From an uncultured Collinsella sp. (GTDB lineage Bacteria; Actinomycetota; Coriobacteriia; Coriobacteriales; Coriobacteriaceae), in assembly GCA_902494165.1 (NCBI GenBank), contig CABUSD010000002.1:8050-72049 (forward strand): 64,000 nucleotides of DNA, written 5' to 3'. The position numbers and the translations under genes were made by a program. Below are positions 1 to 9,522 of the stretch, one piece after another (position 1 is the first letter of the stretch; the number at the start of each line of letters is the position of its first letter). Under the pieces are notes generated by a model. It did no database searches and had not been told where the DNA came from. It saw only the letters and a list, made by a program, of their open reading frames with translations.

Positions 1-182
1 AATACCATTGGTTCGTCGGTTTCGGTTTCGATGGAAAGATGGCCCCGGGCGACACTCCGTATGCCATCGACAAGGAAACGGGGAAGATTGACTTCTTCCC
101 GATTCCATTTTTCCTCAGAGGCGAGAGCCCGTCTGCTATCGAGCTTGAGATGGACAAGGCCCACGAGGTAAAAATCCAATAG
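1..182 (+). CDS. Hypothetical protein, 3' fragment (start outside window)
   Basis: Open frame from the window edge to TAG at 180-182 (...GKIDFFPIPFFLRGESPSAIELEMDKAHEVKIQ*). It is followed by its own hairpin + T6 terminator and is too short for the ORF track. Confidence 0.4.
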   Translation, partial: YHWFVGFGFDGKMAPGDTPYAIDKETGKIDFFPIPFFLRGESPSAIELEMDKAHEVKIQ

Positions 183-192
183 ATCACAGCGG

Positions 193-216
193 GCCCCGCC
201 ACGGCGGGGCTTTTTT
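193..216 (+). terminator. Rho-independent terminator
   Basis: GCCCCGCC / GGCGGGGC stem followed by TTTTTT. Confidence 0.75.
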
Positions 217-267
217 CATGCCGCGTGACCGTGCCGTGACACTGCCCGCAGAGAGATTGGGGCAGGC

Positions 268-489
268 ATGAAAGAGCTATTCACTTGCGCGAGCTGCGGC
301 GACTGCGCCGTAAAGCTGGGCTTCGGCTTCACGTTCCCGGATACCTACATCTGCACGCAGCGCGGCGACGAGGTCGAGCCCGACGACGGCTGCACGCTCG
401 GGTGCGAGGGCGTTCCGGTGCAGGCCATCGAGGCCATCGAGGCGGACGTCGACGGGCGCGTTGGCTACGGCTGCGAGGTGCTCGACTGA
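268..489 (+). CDS. Small Cys-rich hypothetical phage protein (73 aa)
   Basis: ORF-track entry with CxxCxxC near the N-terminus and further Cys residues. Its stop overlaps the next start (ATGA at 487-491). Confidence 0.5.
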   Translation: MKELFTCASCGDCAVKLGFGFTFPDTYICTQRGDEVEPDDGCTLGCEGVPVQAIEAIEADVDGRVGYGCEVLD

Positions 490-911
490 TGGCTTACGGG
501 CTCGTCGGCGGCGTCGGCGACCACGGCCGGCACGGCACCCTCATCACCGAGGAGATCGTAAACGCCGCGAAGCTGGATACCGCCGAGTGCATCGAGATAC
601 GGCAGAACAACATCGAGCAGGTCGAGAAGGCCCTCCTGCGCGCCTATAAAACGGGCCTAGAGGAGATAGGCCTCGTCGCGGAGGGCTACGCCAAGGCGAC
701 GTGCCCGGTCGACACGGGCAGGTTGCGCAACTCCGTCACGCACCTCCTCAAAGGCTACGACTGCTTCATCGGCACCAACGTCGAGTACGCGCCGTACGTC
801 GAGGAGGGGACCTCCCGCATGAAGGGCAAGCACTTCCTGCGCAAGGCGGCGACTGGCCACGGGGACACGTACCGGGCGATTCTCGAGAAGCACCTGAGGG
901 GCGGCGCATAG
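489..911 (+). CDS. HK97 gp10-family phage head-tail component
   Basis: Internal ATG of ORF 285..911. The motif ...CPVDTGRLRNSV...GTNVEYAPYVEEGT... is typical of the HK97 gp10 family. Confidence 0.7.
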   Translation: MAYGLVGGVGDHGRHGTLITEEIVNAAKLDTAECIEIRQNNIEQVEKALLRAYKTGLEEIGLVAEGYAKATCPVDTGRLRNSVTHLLKGYDCFIGTNVEYAPYVEEGTSRMKGKHFLRKAATGHGDTYRAILEKHLRGGA

Positions 912-1038
912 GGCCGCGTTACTCCGTTTGGATACTCACCCTTGCCGCGAGGTATTGCGGCGCGGGCCCCGCCAAGGCAACAGGTGGGAACCCGCCCATT
1001 CCGAAGCAAGGGAGATTCTGTTGGCACTTACGCGAAAG

Positions 1039-1584
1039 ATGCTCAAGGCAATGGGCATCGAGGACGAGAAGATCGACCAGATCATCGACGAGCATGCCGA
1101 GAGCGTGAACGCGCTCAAGGCACAGCGCGACGAGTTCAAGGAGGCCGCTGGCAAGGCGGACGGCTACAAGAAGGAGCTGGACGCACTCAAGGCCAAGGGC
1201 GAGGGCGCGGGCGAGTACGAGGAAAAGTACAAGGCCAAGTGCAAGGAACTCGACGACTACAAGGCCGAGGTCGCTGGGGAAAAGGCAGCAGCCGAGAAGC
1301 GCGGCCTGTACCGACAGCTGCTCGAGTCGGCGGGCGTCGACCCCAAGCGCATCGACACTGTTCTCAAGGTCTCCGACCTCGAGGGCGTGACCGTCAAGGA
1401 CGGCGCTATCGAGGACGCGGACAAGCTGACCGAGGGCATCAAGGCCGACTGGGCCGACTTCATCGCAACCACGACCGTCAAGGGTGCCGACGTGGCCCAC
1501 GCCCCCAAGGGCGAGGGCGGCAAGGACATCAACGAAATGAGCACCGCCGAGTACATGAAGTACAAGGCGGAGCAGAGAGGCTAA
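1039..1584 (+). CDS. Phage scaffolding protein (charged coiled-coil)
   Basis: Internal ATG of ORF 928..1584. The sequence is K/E/A-rich and helical (MLKAMGIEDEKIDQIIDEHAESVNALKAQRDEFKE...) and lies directly upstream of the capsid gene. Start is uncertain (1039 or 1051). Confidence 0.65.
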   Translation: MLKAMGIEDEKIDQIIDEHAESVNALKAQRDEFKEAAGKADGYKKELDALKAKGEGAGEYEEKYKAKCKELDDYKAEVAGEKAAAEKRGLYRQLLESAGVDPKRIDTVLKVSDLEGVTVKDGAIEDADKLTEGIKADWADFIATTTVKGADVAHAPKGEGGKDINEMSTAEYMKYKAEQRG

Positions 1585-1593
1585 GGGGTATCT

Positions 1594-2475
1594 ATGTCGA
1601 ACACCATCCTTACACCCAACATCATCGCCAACGAGGCGCTGGACGTTCTGCGCACCAACGCCGTCATGGCCAACCTCGTCCACCGCGACTACTCCTCCGA
1701 GTTCGTCGCCGGCGTGGGCGACACCATCACCGTCCGCAAGCCCGCCACCTTCGAGGCCAAGGAGTTCACCACCGAGGTCGAGGTGCAGGACGCCACGGAG
1801 GGCAAGGTCCCCGTCAAGATGGACAAGCTGCTCGACGTGACGTTCGCCGTCACGTCCAAGGAGCTGACGATGGGCATCGTCGACTTCTCCGCGCAGTTCC
1901 TCGTCCCCGCGATGCAGGCCTTCGCCGACAAGATCGACGGCTACCTGCTCTCGCTCGAGAAGGACGTCACGAACCGCGTCGACCACGCCAAGGGCGCCAT
2001 CACCGTGGCGGACATCATCGCCGCCCGCAAGTTCCTCGTGGACGCCAAGGCGCCCTCCACGGAGCGCCGCTTCGTCTACGGCTCCCAGGCCGAGGCCGAC
2101 CTGCTCAACACCGAGGCGTTCACTAACGCGTCCGCCGTCGGCGACAACGGCACCGCCCTCAAGGAGGCATCGCTCGGCCGCAAGTACGGCCTCGACTTCT
2201 ACTGCGACCAGAACGTGCAGAAGACCACGGCGGAGACGGCCAACTACACGCCGTCCATCGCGTTCCACAAGAACGCCTTCGCGCTCGTGACTCGCCAGCT
2301 CGAGATGCCGCTCGGCGCCCCCAAGGCGTTCTCCACCTCCTACGACGGCTTCGGTCTGCGCGTCGTGCAGGGCTACGACCAGAAGACCAAGACCGACACC
2401 GTCTCCATCGACATGCTCTGCGGCGTCAAGACCCTCAGCCCCGAGCTCGCCGCCGTCATCACCGATAAGCGATAG
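1594..2475 (+). CDS. Major capsid protein (P22-coat-like family)
   Basis: 293 aa. The N-terminus MSNTILTPNIIANEALDVLRTNAVMANLVHRDYSSEF..GDTITVRKP resembles the P22 coat-like capsid family, and it sits after the scaffold gene. Confidence 0.75.
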   Translation: MSNTILTPNIIANEALDVLRTNAVMANLVHRDYSSEFVAGVGDTITVRKPATFEAKEFTTEVEVQDATEGKVPVKMDKLLDVTFAVTSKELTMGIVDFSAQFLVPAMQAFADKIDGYLLSLEKDVTNRVDHAKGAITVADIIAARKFLVDAKAPSTERRFVYGSQAEADLLNTEAFTNASAVGDNGTALKEASLGRKYGLDFYCDQNVQKTTAETANYTPSIAFHKNAFALVTRQLEMPLGAPKAFSTSYDGFGLRVVQGYDQKTKTDTVSIDMLCGVKTLSPELAAVITDKR

Positions 2476-2483
2476 GCGCAGAA

Positions 2484-2900
2484 ATGCTCGAGCAGGTGCT
2501 TCTATCGCTGCGCAACTGGTTCGTCGCCGACAAGCGCACGGGGCGCGTCCGTATCGAGGATGGCCGCCTCGTGCCGCCCGCGGCACTCGGCCTCAAGGAG
2601 GGCCAGTACGTCCGCATCACGGGCTCCGTGTTCAACGACGGGCTGCATGCGTGGCCCTGCAACGGACTCACGGACGAGGAGTTCGTCGGCACCGTCTGGG
2701 CGCTCGCCATCCCGCAGGCCGTGGTCGACCTCGCTGACGAGATCGCGGCGTGGCAGACCGAGCACGCCAAGGAGCTGGACAGCCCCTACGCATCCGAGAG
2801 CTTCGGCGGCTACAGCTACACGCGCGTCGGCGGCGACGGCTCGCCCATCACGTGGCGACATCAGTTCAAGGCACGTCTCGACCCTTGGAGAAAGCTGTGA
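2484..2900 (+). CDS. Phage head-tail connector-region protein (hypothetical)
   Basis: 138-aa ORF in the head-completion position. Its stop overlaps the next start (GTGA). Confidence 0.5.
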   Translation: MLEQVLLSLRNWFVADKRTGRVRIEDGRLVPPAALGLKEGQYVRITGSVFNDGLHAWPCNGLTDEEFVGTVWALAIPQAVVDLADEIAAWQTEHAKELDSPYASESFGGYSYTRVGGDGSPITWRHQFKARLDPWRKL

Positions 2901-3250
2901 GCCGCCTGTACGAGCGCATGGCGGTAGCGTGCGCGAGGCTCGTCTCAAAGACCGAGCCTGACGGCGAGGGCGGATTCAAGACCGTCCTCGCCGTCGGCGA
3001 CGGCTTCATGGCGGCGATTGTGCGCGACAGCTCGACGGCCTCGCGCATCGCGGAGCACGACGGCGTGAGGAACGTCTACACCGTGACCACCGGCGAGCCG
3101 CTACGGTACGGCGACCTCTTCCAGCGTGCGTCCGACGGGCAGGTATTCCGCTGCACGTCGAACACGGACGACGGGGCCGCGCCGCGCTGCGCGTCGTTCG
3201 GCTTCGGCCAGTGCAGCGCGGAGGAGTTGGAGGTGCCGGATGGCGACTAA
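2897..3250 (+). CDS. Putative head-tail adaptor / head closure protein
   Basis: GTG at 2897 overlaps the previous TGA (alternative ATG at 2918). Size and position fit a head-tail joining protein. Confidence 0.45.
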   Translation: MSRLYERMAVACARLVSKTEPDGEGGFKTVLAVGDGFMAAIVRDSSTASRIAEHDGVRNVYTVTTGEPLRYGDLFQRASDGQVFRCTSNTDDGAAPRCASFGFGQCSAEELEVPDGD

Positions 3251-3608
3251 GGCGGCGGCGCTGCAGGCGTGGCTCGAGGGCTTCGGGCTGCCCGTGTACC
3301 GCGACTCGGCGGTGCCGGGCGAGGCGAAGATGCCATACATCACCTACGACCTGCCGACCGCGGCGTTCGGCACGCAGTGCAACTCCGAGGTGAACCTCTG
3401 GTACCGGACCTCGTCCGAGGTCGCGCCAAACGTCAAGGCCGAGGAGGTCGCCCGGGCGCTCGGGCTCTCCGGCGTGCTCATGCCGTGCGACGGCGGCGGC
3501 ATGTGGGTGATGCAGGGCGATCCGTTCTGCAACGCCATGGCCGACGAGGACAACGCCGTGAAGCGCCGAATCATCAACCTGACCATTGAGTACATGACCA
3601 GCTACTAG
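3240..3608 (+). CDS. Putative tail completion / tail terminator protein
   Basis: ATG at 3240 inside ORF 3126..3608, overlapping the previous gene end. A 122-aa protein immediately upstream of the major tail gene. Confidence 0.45.
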   Translation: MATKAAALQAWLEGFGLPVYRDSAVPGEAKMPYITYDLPTAAFGTQCNSEVNLWYRTSSEVAPNVKAEEVARALGLSGVLMPCDGGGMWVMQGDPFCNAMADEDNAVKRRIINLTIEYMTSY

Positions 3609-3616
3609 GAGGTCAT

Positions 3617-4186
3617 ATGTCTAAGTTCACGCGCATCCCCGAGAACACGTTCAAGGAGATCGTCATCAACGCGGGCCTGCTCGCCACGAACTTCAACCCC
3701 AAGACCGCCGAGGTCGCGGAGTCCGAGCTGATGGGCGCGACGAGCGGTGGCGTCAGCTTCACCGCTACGCCCAGCTTCATCGATTACGGCGAGGACATCG
3801 ACAACTGCCCCGCCAACACGATGGAGCTCAAGCGCATCGACAGCATCGAGGCCAAGCTGAGCGGCACCTTCGTGACGCTGAACACCGCGCTCGGCAAGAA
3901 GCTCGCAGCCGCAGCCGACGAGGCCGAGGGGAAGATCGTCCCGCGCTCCGCGCTCTCGGAGGCCGACTTCGCCGACATCTGGCTCATCGGCGATTACTCG
4001 GGCGAGAACGGCAACGGCTATATCGCCATCCGCCTCATCAACGCGCTCAACACGGGCGGTCTGCAAATCACGACGCAGAACAAGGCCAAGGGCCAGTTCG
4101 CGTTCGAGTTCACGGGCCACTACTCAATCAAGAACCCTGAGATCGTGCCCTACGAGCTGTATATCGAACAGGAGATTGGAGCCTAA
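3617..4186 (+). CDS. Major tail protein
   Basis: 189 aa with RBS AGGAGG at 3607-3612. It lies just before the chaperone/tape-measure pair. Confidence 0.7.
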   Translation: MSKFTRIPENTFKEIVINAGLLATNFNPKTAEVAESELMGATSGGVSFTATPSFIDYGEDIDNCPANTMELKRIDSIEAKLSGTFVTLNTALGKKLAAAADEAEGKIVPRSALSEADFADIWLIGDYSGENGNGYIAIRLINALNTGGLQITTQNKAKGQFAFEFTGHYSIKNPEIVPYELYIEQEIGA

Positions 4187-4188
4187 CC

Positions 4189-4614
4189 ATGAAGCTGGAC
4201 AACCTTAACGCCGACGAGTTCCAGAACGCCATGTGCCTGTTGGCGGACGTGGCGGAGGACGTCATGAACGGCGAACTCGGCGCAAAGGCAAAGGCCGCCT
4301 ACGCCAAGTTCCGCTCCGACTCCGCCAAGGCCAAGGCCAAGGCGACCGCCAAGGCGAAGGGCGACCCCGAGGCCGCGAAAGCAGCCGCCACCGCCGAGGT
4401 CAACGGCCTCGCCGTGGACATGGTGGCCGGTCTGCTGCCCGACGTGCTGCGCCAGGGCGGCGAGATCAGCTACAAGCTGCTCGCCGCACTCGACGGCCAG
4501 ACGCTCGAGGAGTACAAGGCCGAGTTCACCGTCAAGAAGTGGGTGAACGACATCAAGGATGCCATCGACGGCATCGACGGCATCAAGGACATTCTGGCTC
4601 CTTTTTTTGGATAG
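4189..4614 (+). CDS. Tail assembly chaperone (short, G-type product)
   Basis: 141 aa, acidic/Ala-Lys rich, ending ...LAPFFG* on a T7 run. Canonical position between major tail and tape measure. Confidence 0.75.
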   Translation: MKLDNLNADEFQNAMCLLADVAEDVMNGELGAKAKAAYAKFRSDSAKAKAKATAKAKGDPEAAKAAATAEVNGLAVDMVAGLLPDVLRQGGEISYKLLAALDGQTLEEYKAEFTVKKWVNDIKDAIDGIDGIKDILAPFFG

Positions 4615-4910
4615 CCGCCGAGGACCCATCTCACATATGGCTCTGTCTGGGCGAGTACGTCGGGCCACGGCGTGCTCGCCCTTTCTGTAGGTACATGGTC
4701 GCGCGGTGGCGCGAGCGGGACGAGCGGGAGGCGTTCCGCGTGTACCTGAGCGAGTCGGTGCGCCTCATGGCGCAGGGGAAGTGGCTCAAGGAGCCCTTCC
4801 TGAGCATCGTCAACGGCGGTGCGGGCGATGGGTCCGAGGCGGAGGACACGCGCGGCGGCGACGAGATCGCCGCAGACATCATCGAGCGGATGGGATTGAA
4901 GGTGGTCTAG
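4189..4910 (+). CDS. Tail assembly chaperone, -1 frameshift fusion product (GT-type)
   Basis: Slippery heptamer T TTT TTT at 4602-4608. The -1 frame continues ...FFWIAAEDPSHIW... to TAG at 4908-4910, abutting the tape-measure start. Confidence 0.7.
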
Positions 4911-7334
4911 GTGAACCTTCTCGACCTGATGATTAAGGTCGGCCTCAAGGACGAGGCCAGTGACAAGGCCGAGGGCGTGGCCTCGAAGGTCGTGGGCACG
5001 CTCGGCAAGGCCGGCGCGACCGCCGCCAAGGCGATAGGCGTTGGCGTCGCCGCCGTGGGGGCGGGCGTCGCCGCCATCACGGGCATGAGCATGAGCGCAT
5101 ACGCCGCATACGAGCAGAACGTCGGCGGCATTAAGAAGATATTCGGCAACATGGGCAAGTCCCTCGAGGACTACGCTGCCATGACCGGCCAGACCGTCGA
5201 GCAGTGCTCCGGTAAGTGGGAGCAGCTCGAGCAGGCCCAGACGACGGTGCTGGCCAATGCCGACCGCGCCTACATAACGGCTGGCCTGAGCGCCAACCGG
5301 TACATGGAGCAGGTGACGGGCTTCTCGGCCTCGCTTGTCTCCTCGCTGGGCGGCGACACGGTCAAGGCGGCCGAGTACGCCAACACGGCCATGGTCGACA
5401 TGAGCGACAACGCGAACACCTTCGGCACGGCGATGGAGGACCTCCAGAACGCTTACCAAGGCTTTGCCAAGCAAAACTACACGATGCTCGACAACCTCAA
5501 GCTGGGGTATGGCGGCACCAAGGAGGAGATGCAGCGCCTCGTCAAGGACGCGCACGCCGTCAACTCCGCCGTGGACGAGTCGAGTCTCTCATTCGACAAC
5601 ATCGTGCTCGCCATCCATACGATGCAGGAGCAGATGCAGATCGCCGGCACGACCTCGCGCGAGGCCGCGACGACCATCGAGGGCTCCTGCAACATGGCGA
5701 AGGCCGCCTGGGAGAACTGGATGACGGAGCTGGGTAAGGACGACGCCGACATGGGCAAGCTCACCGAGGAGCTGGTACAGTCGGTCGAGACAGCGGCCTC
5801 GAACGTCATCCCGCGCGTGGCGACCATCGCCGGCACTGCGCTGTCGCAGCTGCCGAGCCTTGTCACGTCGGTCGGGCCCGTGCTCGGTCAGGCGTTCGTC
5901 GGCATCTTCACGCAGGCACTCGACAGCGCGGCGGCAGCCGTGCCCGGGCCCATGGGCGACATCCTCTCCGCCGTGTCGGACGGCGTGGACGAGATCGGCG
6001 AGCGCTTCAAGGGCCTTGGCGAGATCTGGGCGGTTGGGGACAACCCGTTGGAGTCGCTGCACCTTGCCATGGTCTACGGCCTGACGCTGCTCGAGGGCGA
6101 CCTGTCCACGCTGCAGGAGAACATCACCTCATCGCTGCCCGGCATCGCCGAGGGCTTCGCCGACGTGGGCGGCGAGGTCGTTCCCAGGCTCGCCGAGGGA
6201 ATCGAGATGGGGCTGTCGTTCCTCTCCGAGACGGCGGCGTCGCTCATGACATCGCTCGGCGGCTACCTGTCCGAGAACCTGCCCTCCATCACGGAGAGCG
6301 GCCTGCAGATTCTCACCGGCCTCTCCGAGTCCATAGCCGAGAACGCGGGCGTTCTGGCAGAGGGCGCGGCGAACCTCATCGTCGGCTTGGCGCAGGGTAT
6401 CGCCGGCAGCCTGCCGACGCTCATCGAGCAGGCCCCGGTCATCGTGCAGAACCTCGCCAGCGCGATCAACGACAACGCGCCGATACTGCTCGGTGCCGGC
6501 ATCCAGGCAATCGTGACGCTGGCGCTCGGCATCGTGCAGGCGATACCGACGCTCATCGCCAACATCCCGGCCATCTTCTCGGCCTTCGTCTCGGCTTGGT
6601 CGGCGCTCGACTGGCTGAGCCTTGGCAGGAACGCCATCACGTTCCTGGGCAACGGCATCACCGGCATGGCCGGCTTCGTCAGCACGTGCGGCACCAACAT
6701 CGTGTCCGCTATCCGCGGCGCAATCCAGAACCTGCCGTCCACCCTGGCGAGCATCGGCCGCAACGGAATCAGCAGCCTGGGTTCCGCCATCCGCGGCGCG
6801 GTCGGCTTCGTGACCTCGGCGGCCTCGAGTATCGGCAGTTCCATCATGGGCGCCCTGTCCTCCATCCCGGGCCGCGTGGCCTCCATCGGCTCGCAGATCG
6901 TGCAGGGCATCGCCAACGGAATCAGTGGCGCGGCGGGCGTGGTCGTGAGCAAGATTACCGGCGTGGTGGGCGGCGCCATCGACGCGGCCAAGAACCTGCT
7001 GGGTATCCACTCGCCGTCGCGCGTGTTCCGCAAGATTTTCGGCTACGTCATGGAGGGCGCGGCCCTCGGCATCGACGACACGGCGGACGAGCCGGTGAAG
7101 TCCATGAGGTCGGCGGTGCGCAACGTCGAGAAGGCCGCCGTGTTCGGTGTGAGCGTTACCGGCGGCGGAGCATACGGGGCGACCGCCAGCGGAGCCGCGG
7201 GCATCGCGGGCGGCGGCAACATTTACAACCTCTACCTCGACGGCGACCTGCTGGGCGTCGACGGGCGCGTGGCCTCCGCCTTCAGGAGCTTCGTCGCGGC
7301 GGTGGAGCAGAGCATGGCGATGGGGGTCGCGTAG
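4911..7334 (+). CDS. Tape measure protein
   Basis: 807 aa, GTG start abutting the chaperone stop. Ala/Gly-rich helical repeats and the longest gene in the tail module. Confidence 0.85.
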   Translation: MNLLDLMIKVGLKDEASDKAEGVASKVVGTLGKAGATAAKAIGVGVAAVGAGVAAITGMSMSAYAAYEQNVGGIKKIFGNMGKSLEDYAAMTGQTVEQCSGKWEQLEQAQTTVLANADRAYITAGLSANRYMEQVTGFSASLVSSLGGDTVKAAEYANTAMVDMSDNANTFGTAMEDLQNAYQGFAKQNYTMLDNLKLGYGGTKEEMQRLVKDAHAVNSAVDESSLSFDNIVLAIHTMQEQMQIAGTTSREAATTIEGSCNMAKAAWENWMTELGKDDADMGKLTEELVQSVETAASNVIPRVATIAGTALSQLPSLVTSVGPVLGQAFVGIFTQALDSAAAAVPGPMGDILSAVSDGVDEIGERFKGLGEIWAVGDNPLESLHLAMVYGLTLLEGDLSTLQENITSSLPGIAEGFADVGGEVVPRLAEGIEMGLSFLSETAASLMTSLGGYLSENLPSITESGLQILTGLSESIAENAGVLAEGAANLIVGLAQGIAGSLPTLIEQAPVIVQNLASAINDNAPILLGAGIQAIVTLALGIVQAIPTLIANIPAIFSAFVSAWSALDWLSLGRNAITFLGNGITGMAGFVSTCGTNIVSAIRGAIQNLPSTLASIGRNGISSLGSAIRGAVGFVTSAASSIGSSIMGALSSIPGRVASIGSQIVQGIANGISGAAGVVVSKITGVVGGAIDAAKNLLGIHSPSRVFRKIFGYVMEGAALGIDDTADEPVKSMRSAVRNVEKAAVFGVSVTGGGAYGATASGAAGIAGGGNIYNLYLDGDLLGVDGRVASAFRSFVAAVEQSMAMGVA

Positions 7335-7335
7335 A

Positions 7336-9522
7336 ATGGCGCAGGGAAACTGGGTTCAAGGCGGAAGCGGCTACCGCAAGTACTGCTGGTGCGCGTACGT
7401 GGACGTTGCTGAGGTCGCGCGCACGGACATCACCGTGACCTACCGCGTCACGCACGGGTACGGCACGCGCTATGCCATCAACTGCTACGCAAACGGCAGC
7501 TCGTCGGCGGGCGGCTCGTGGAACGGCTCGGTCTACTCGACGAACAACTCCGGCTGGGTATGGGTGCAGTGCACGTCGCGCGACGTCGAGCTCGCGCGCG
7601 GCAACGGCGACGCCTACAACCACACCTTCACTGGCCAGATTAACGTCACGGGCGGCTTCGGCAACGGCACCTCGAACGCCTCCAACACCGTCACGGTGCC
7701 GTGCCGCGCCTACCACACGCCGCACACGCCGAAGAACATCAGGGCGGAGCGCCTGAGTGACACCAGCGCGAAGGTCAGTTGGGACGTCGACTACACGGGC
7801 ATGAACGGCGACTACCCCTGGTCGACCGTGACCGTCGGCGTGGTGAAGAACGGCCCCGGGAAGTTCACCGACGTCGGCACCGTGGGCTGGGATACCACGA
7901 GCCACACCTATAACGGCCTCGAGCCGGGCTGCATGTACATCTTCTCGGCCAAGGCGACGGGCCCCGGCGGCACGTCGGACTACGGCGTGAGCGCGCCGGC
8001 GATCTACACCACGCCGACGGCGCTAGGCATGCTCGAGGCAGTCAAGGCGGAGGCGGCGAAGGTCGTGCTCAGGGGGCACGACGCGCCGGCCTTCGTCGAC
8101 AGCTGGGAGTTCCAGCTCACGACCGACGGTAGAAAGACGTGGGTCGATGCGGACGTGAACGCCTCATGGGAGGACGAGGAGGCACCGGCGGGTACGGTGC
8201 GCTACCGCGCCCGCGCGGTCAAGAGCGGCCTCAAGGGACCGTGGACCGAGTCAAACGAGGTCACGACTATATGCCCGCCGCTCGCACCGTCCATCAGGGG
8301 CGTCAGGGCGGCTTATGCCACACGCTCGACCGCGACACTCGAATGGGTGCCCAACCATCCGGATGGCTCGGCGCAGGCCTCCGCTGAGGTGCAGATCACG
8401 ACGCCGACGGGTCCCACCACCACGACGGTCGATGGCCCGGGTGCGAGCCTGAAGCTGCCGACTGGCACCAAGGGCCTCTACACCGTGCGCGTGCGCACCA
8501 AGGGCCTCGACGAGGACTGGGGAGCGTGGTCGAGCGCGGCGGCCTATACCGTTGCGGACGCGCCCCAGGCATTCTTCACCGACCCGGCTGCGGACGGGGC
8601 GACCCTGCGCGCGGTGCCGCATACCTTCACGTGGAAGGTGACCGACGAGACGGGCGTCAGCCGACAGTACCTGTCTTTATGCGACATCAGGGGCAACCTT
8701 CTGTGGAGCGGGGCTATGGACAAGGACGCGCGTTCCTTCCGCCTGGGCTACGCGCAACACGCCTTCGTCAACTTCACGCCGTACAGGGTCATGCTCACGG
8801 TCACGGCCGGATCGTCGCTATCGGTCACCGTCTCGAGAACTTTCCGGACCGACTGGGCACCGCCAGCCAAACCGTCGCTAAACATCTTCGTCGACGAGAG
8901 GCTGGGATGCCAGCTGTCGGTATTTCCAGGCAAGGCCGACAGCGACGACACGCCCGAGACGTCCCACTTCACCGTGTCGCGCGTCCTGCCCGACGGCTCG
9001 ACCCTGCAGCTCGGCTCTCACCTTGCGGCGGGCGAGGGCGCGAGCGACCAGCTGCCTCCGCTCAACAGCGAGTTCGAGTACGTCGCGGTCGCCTACGCCG
9101 CGACGGGCGTGAGCACGGCGACGAGGGTCAAGACGACCGTGGCGAGCCGCGCGGTGGCTCTCAACTGGGGAGCCGGCGCTGAGAGGTCGTGGCTCGGGCG
9201 CTATCTCAAGAAGGGCTCGAGCCGCAAGGTGACGCACGGGTACAAGATGCTGCACTTTGCCGACGGCGGGGAGGGGCTGCCCGTCTCGTACGGCATCAAC
9301 GAGAGGGACGTCAAGGACAGCATGGACTTCCTGCTGCTCGACGAGGAGGACTACAAGTCATTCCTCGAGATCATGAACACCGCGGGGCGTTTCTGGGTGC
9401 GCGACCTCCACGGCGAGCGGTTCCGCGCCCGCCTGAGCTGCGGCGTGAAGCGTTCTGATGGCGCGTGGGTGGCTTCGTGCGACCCGACGTGGGAGACGTG
9501 GGAGGAGCCCGCCAATGGCTGA
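7336..9522 (+). CDS. Phage tail protein with fibronectin-III-like repeats (distal tail / baseplate)
   Basis: 728 aa directly after the tape measure, with FN3-like segments (e.g. PKNIRAERLSDTSAKVSWDVDY..., LEWVPNHPDG...). Confidence 0.65.
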   Translation: MAQGNWVQGGSGYRKYCWCAYVDVAEVARTDITVTYRVTHGYGTRYAINCYANGSSSAGGSWNGSVYSTNNSGWVWVQCTSRDVELARGNGDAYNHTFTGQINVTGGFGNGTSNASNTVTVPCRAYHTPHTPKNIRAERLSDTSAKVSWDVDYTGMNGDYPWSTVTVGVVKNGPGKFTDVGTVGWDTTSHTYNGLEPGCMYIFSAKATGPGGTSDYGVSAPAIYTTPTALGMLEAVKAEAAKVVLRGHDAPAFVDSWEFQLTTDGRKTWVDADVNASWEDEEAPAGTVRYRARAVKSGLKGPWTESNEVTTICPPLAPSIRGVRAAYATRSTATLEWVPNHPDGSAQASAEVQITTPTGPTTTTVDGPGASLKLPTGTKGLYTVRVRTKGLDEDWGAWSSAAAYTVADAPQAFFTDPAADGATLRAVPHTFTWKVTDETGVSRQYLSLCDIRGNLLWSGAMDKDARSFRLGYAQHAFVNFTPYRVMLTVTAGSSLSVTVSRTFRTDWAPPAKPSLNIFVDERLGCQLSVFPGKADSDDTPETSHFTVSRVLPDGSTLQLGSHLAAGEGASDQLPPLNSEFEYVAVAYAATGVSTATRVKTTVASRAVALNWGAGAERSWLGRYLKKGSSRKVTHGYKMLHFADGGEGLPVSYGINERDVKDSMDFLLLDEEDYKSFLEIMNTAGRFWVRDLHGERFRARLSCGVKRSDGAWVASCDPTWETWEEPANG

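Noticed and set aside
919-2586. 555-aa minus-strand ORF antisense to the phage scaffold and capsid genes. Similar long antisense or out-of-frame ORFs occur at 4470-5555, 6129-7010, 9371-11056 and 7282-7905.
   Set aside because: The translations are low-complexity and rich in Gly, Ala, Arg, Leu, Val, Asp, Glu and His, typical of the antisense strand of high-GC genes. They have no RBS and fully overlap well-supported plus-strand phage genes.
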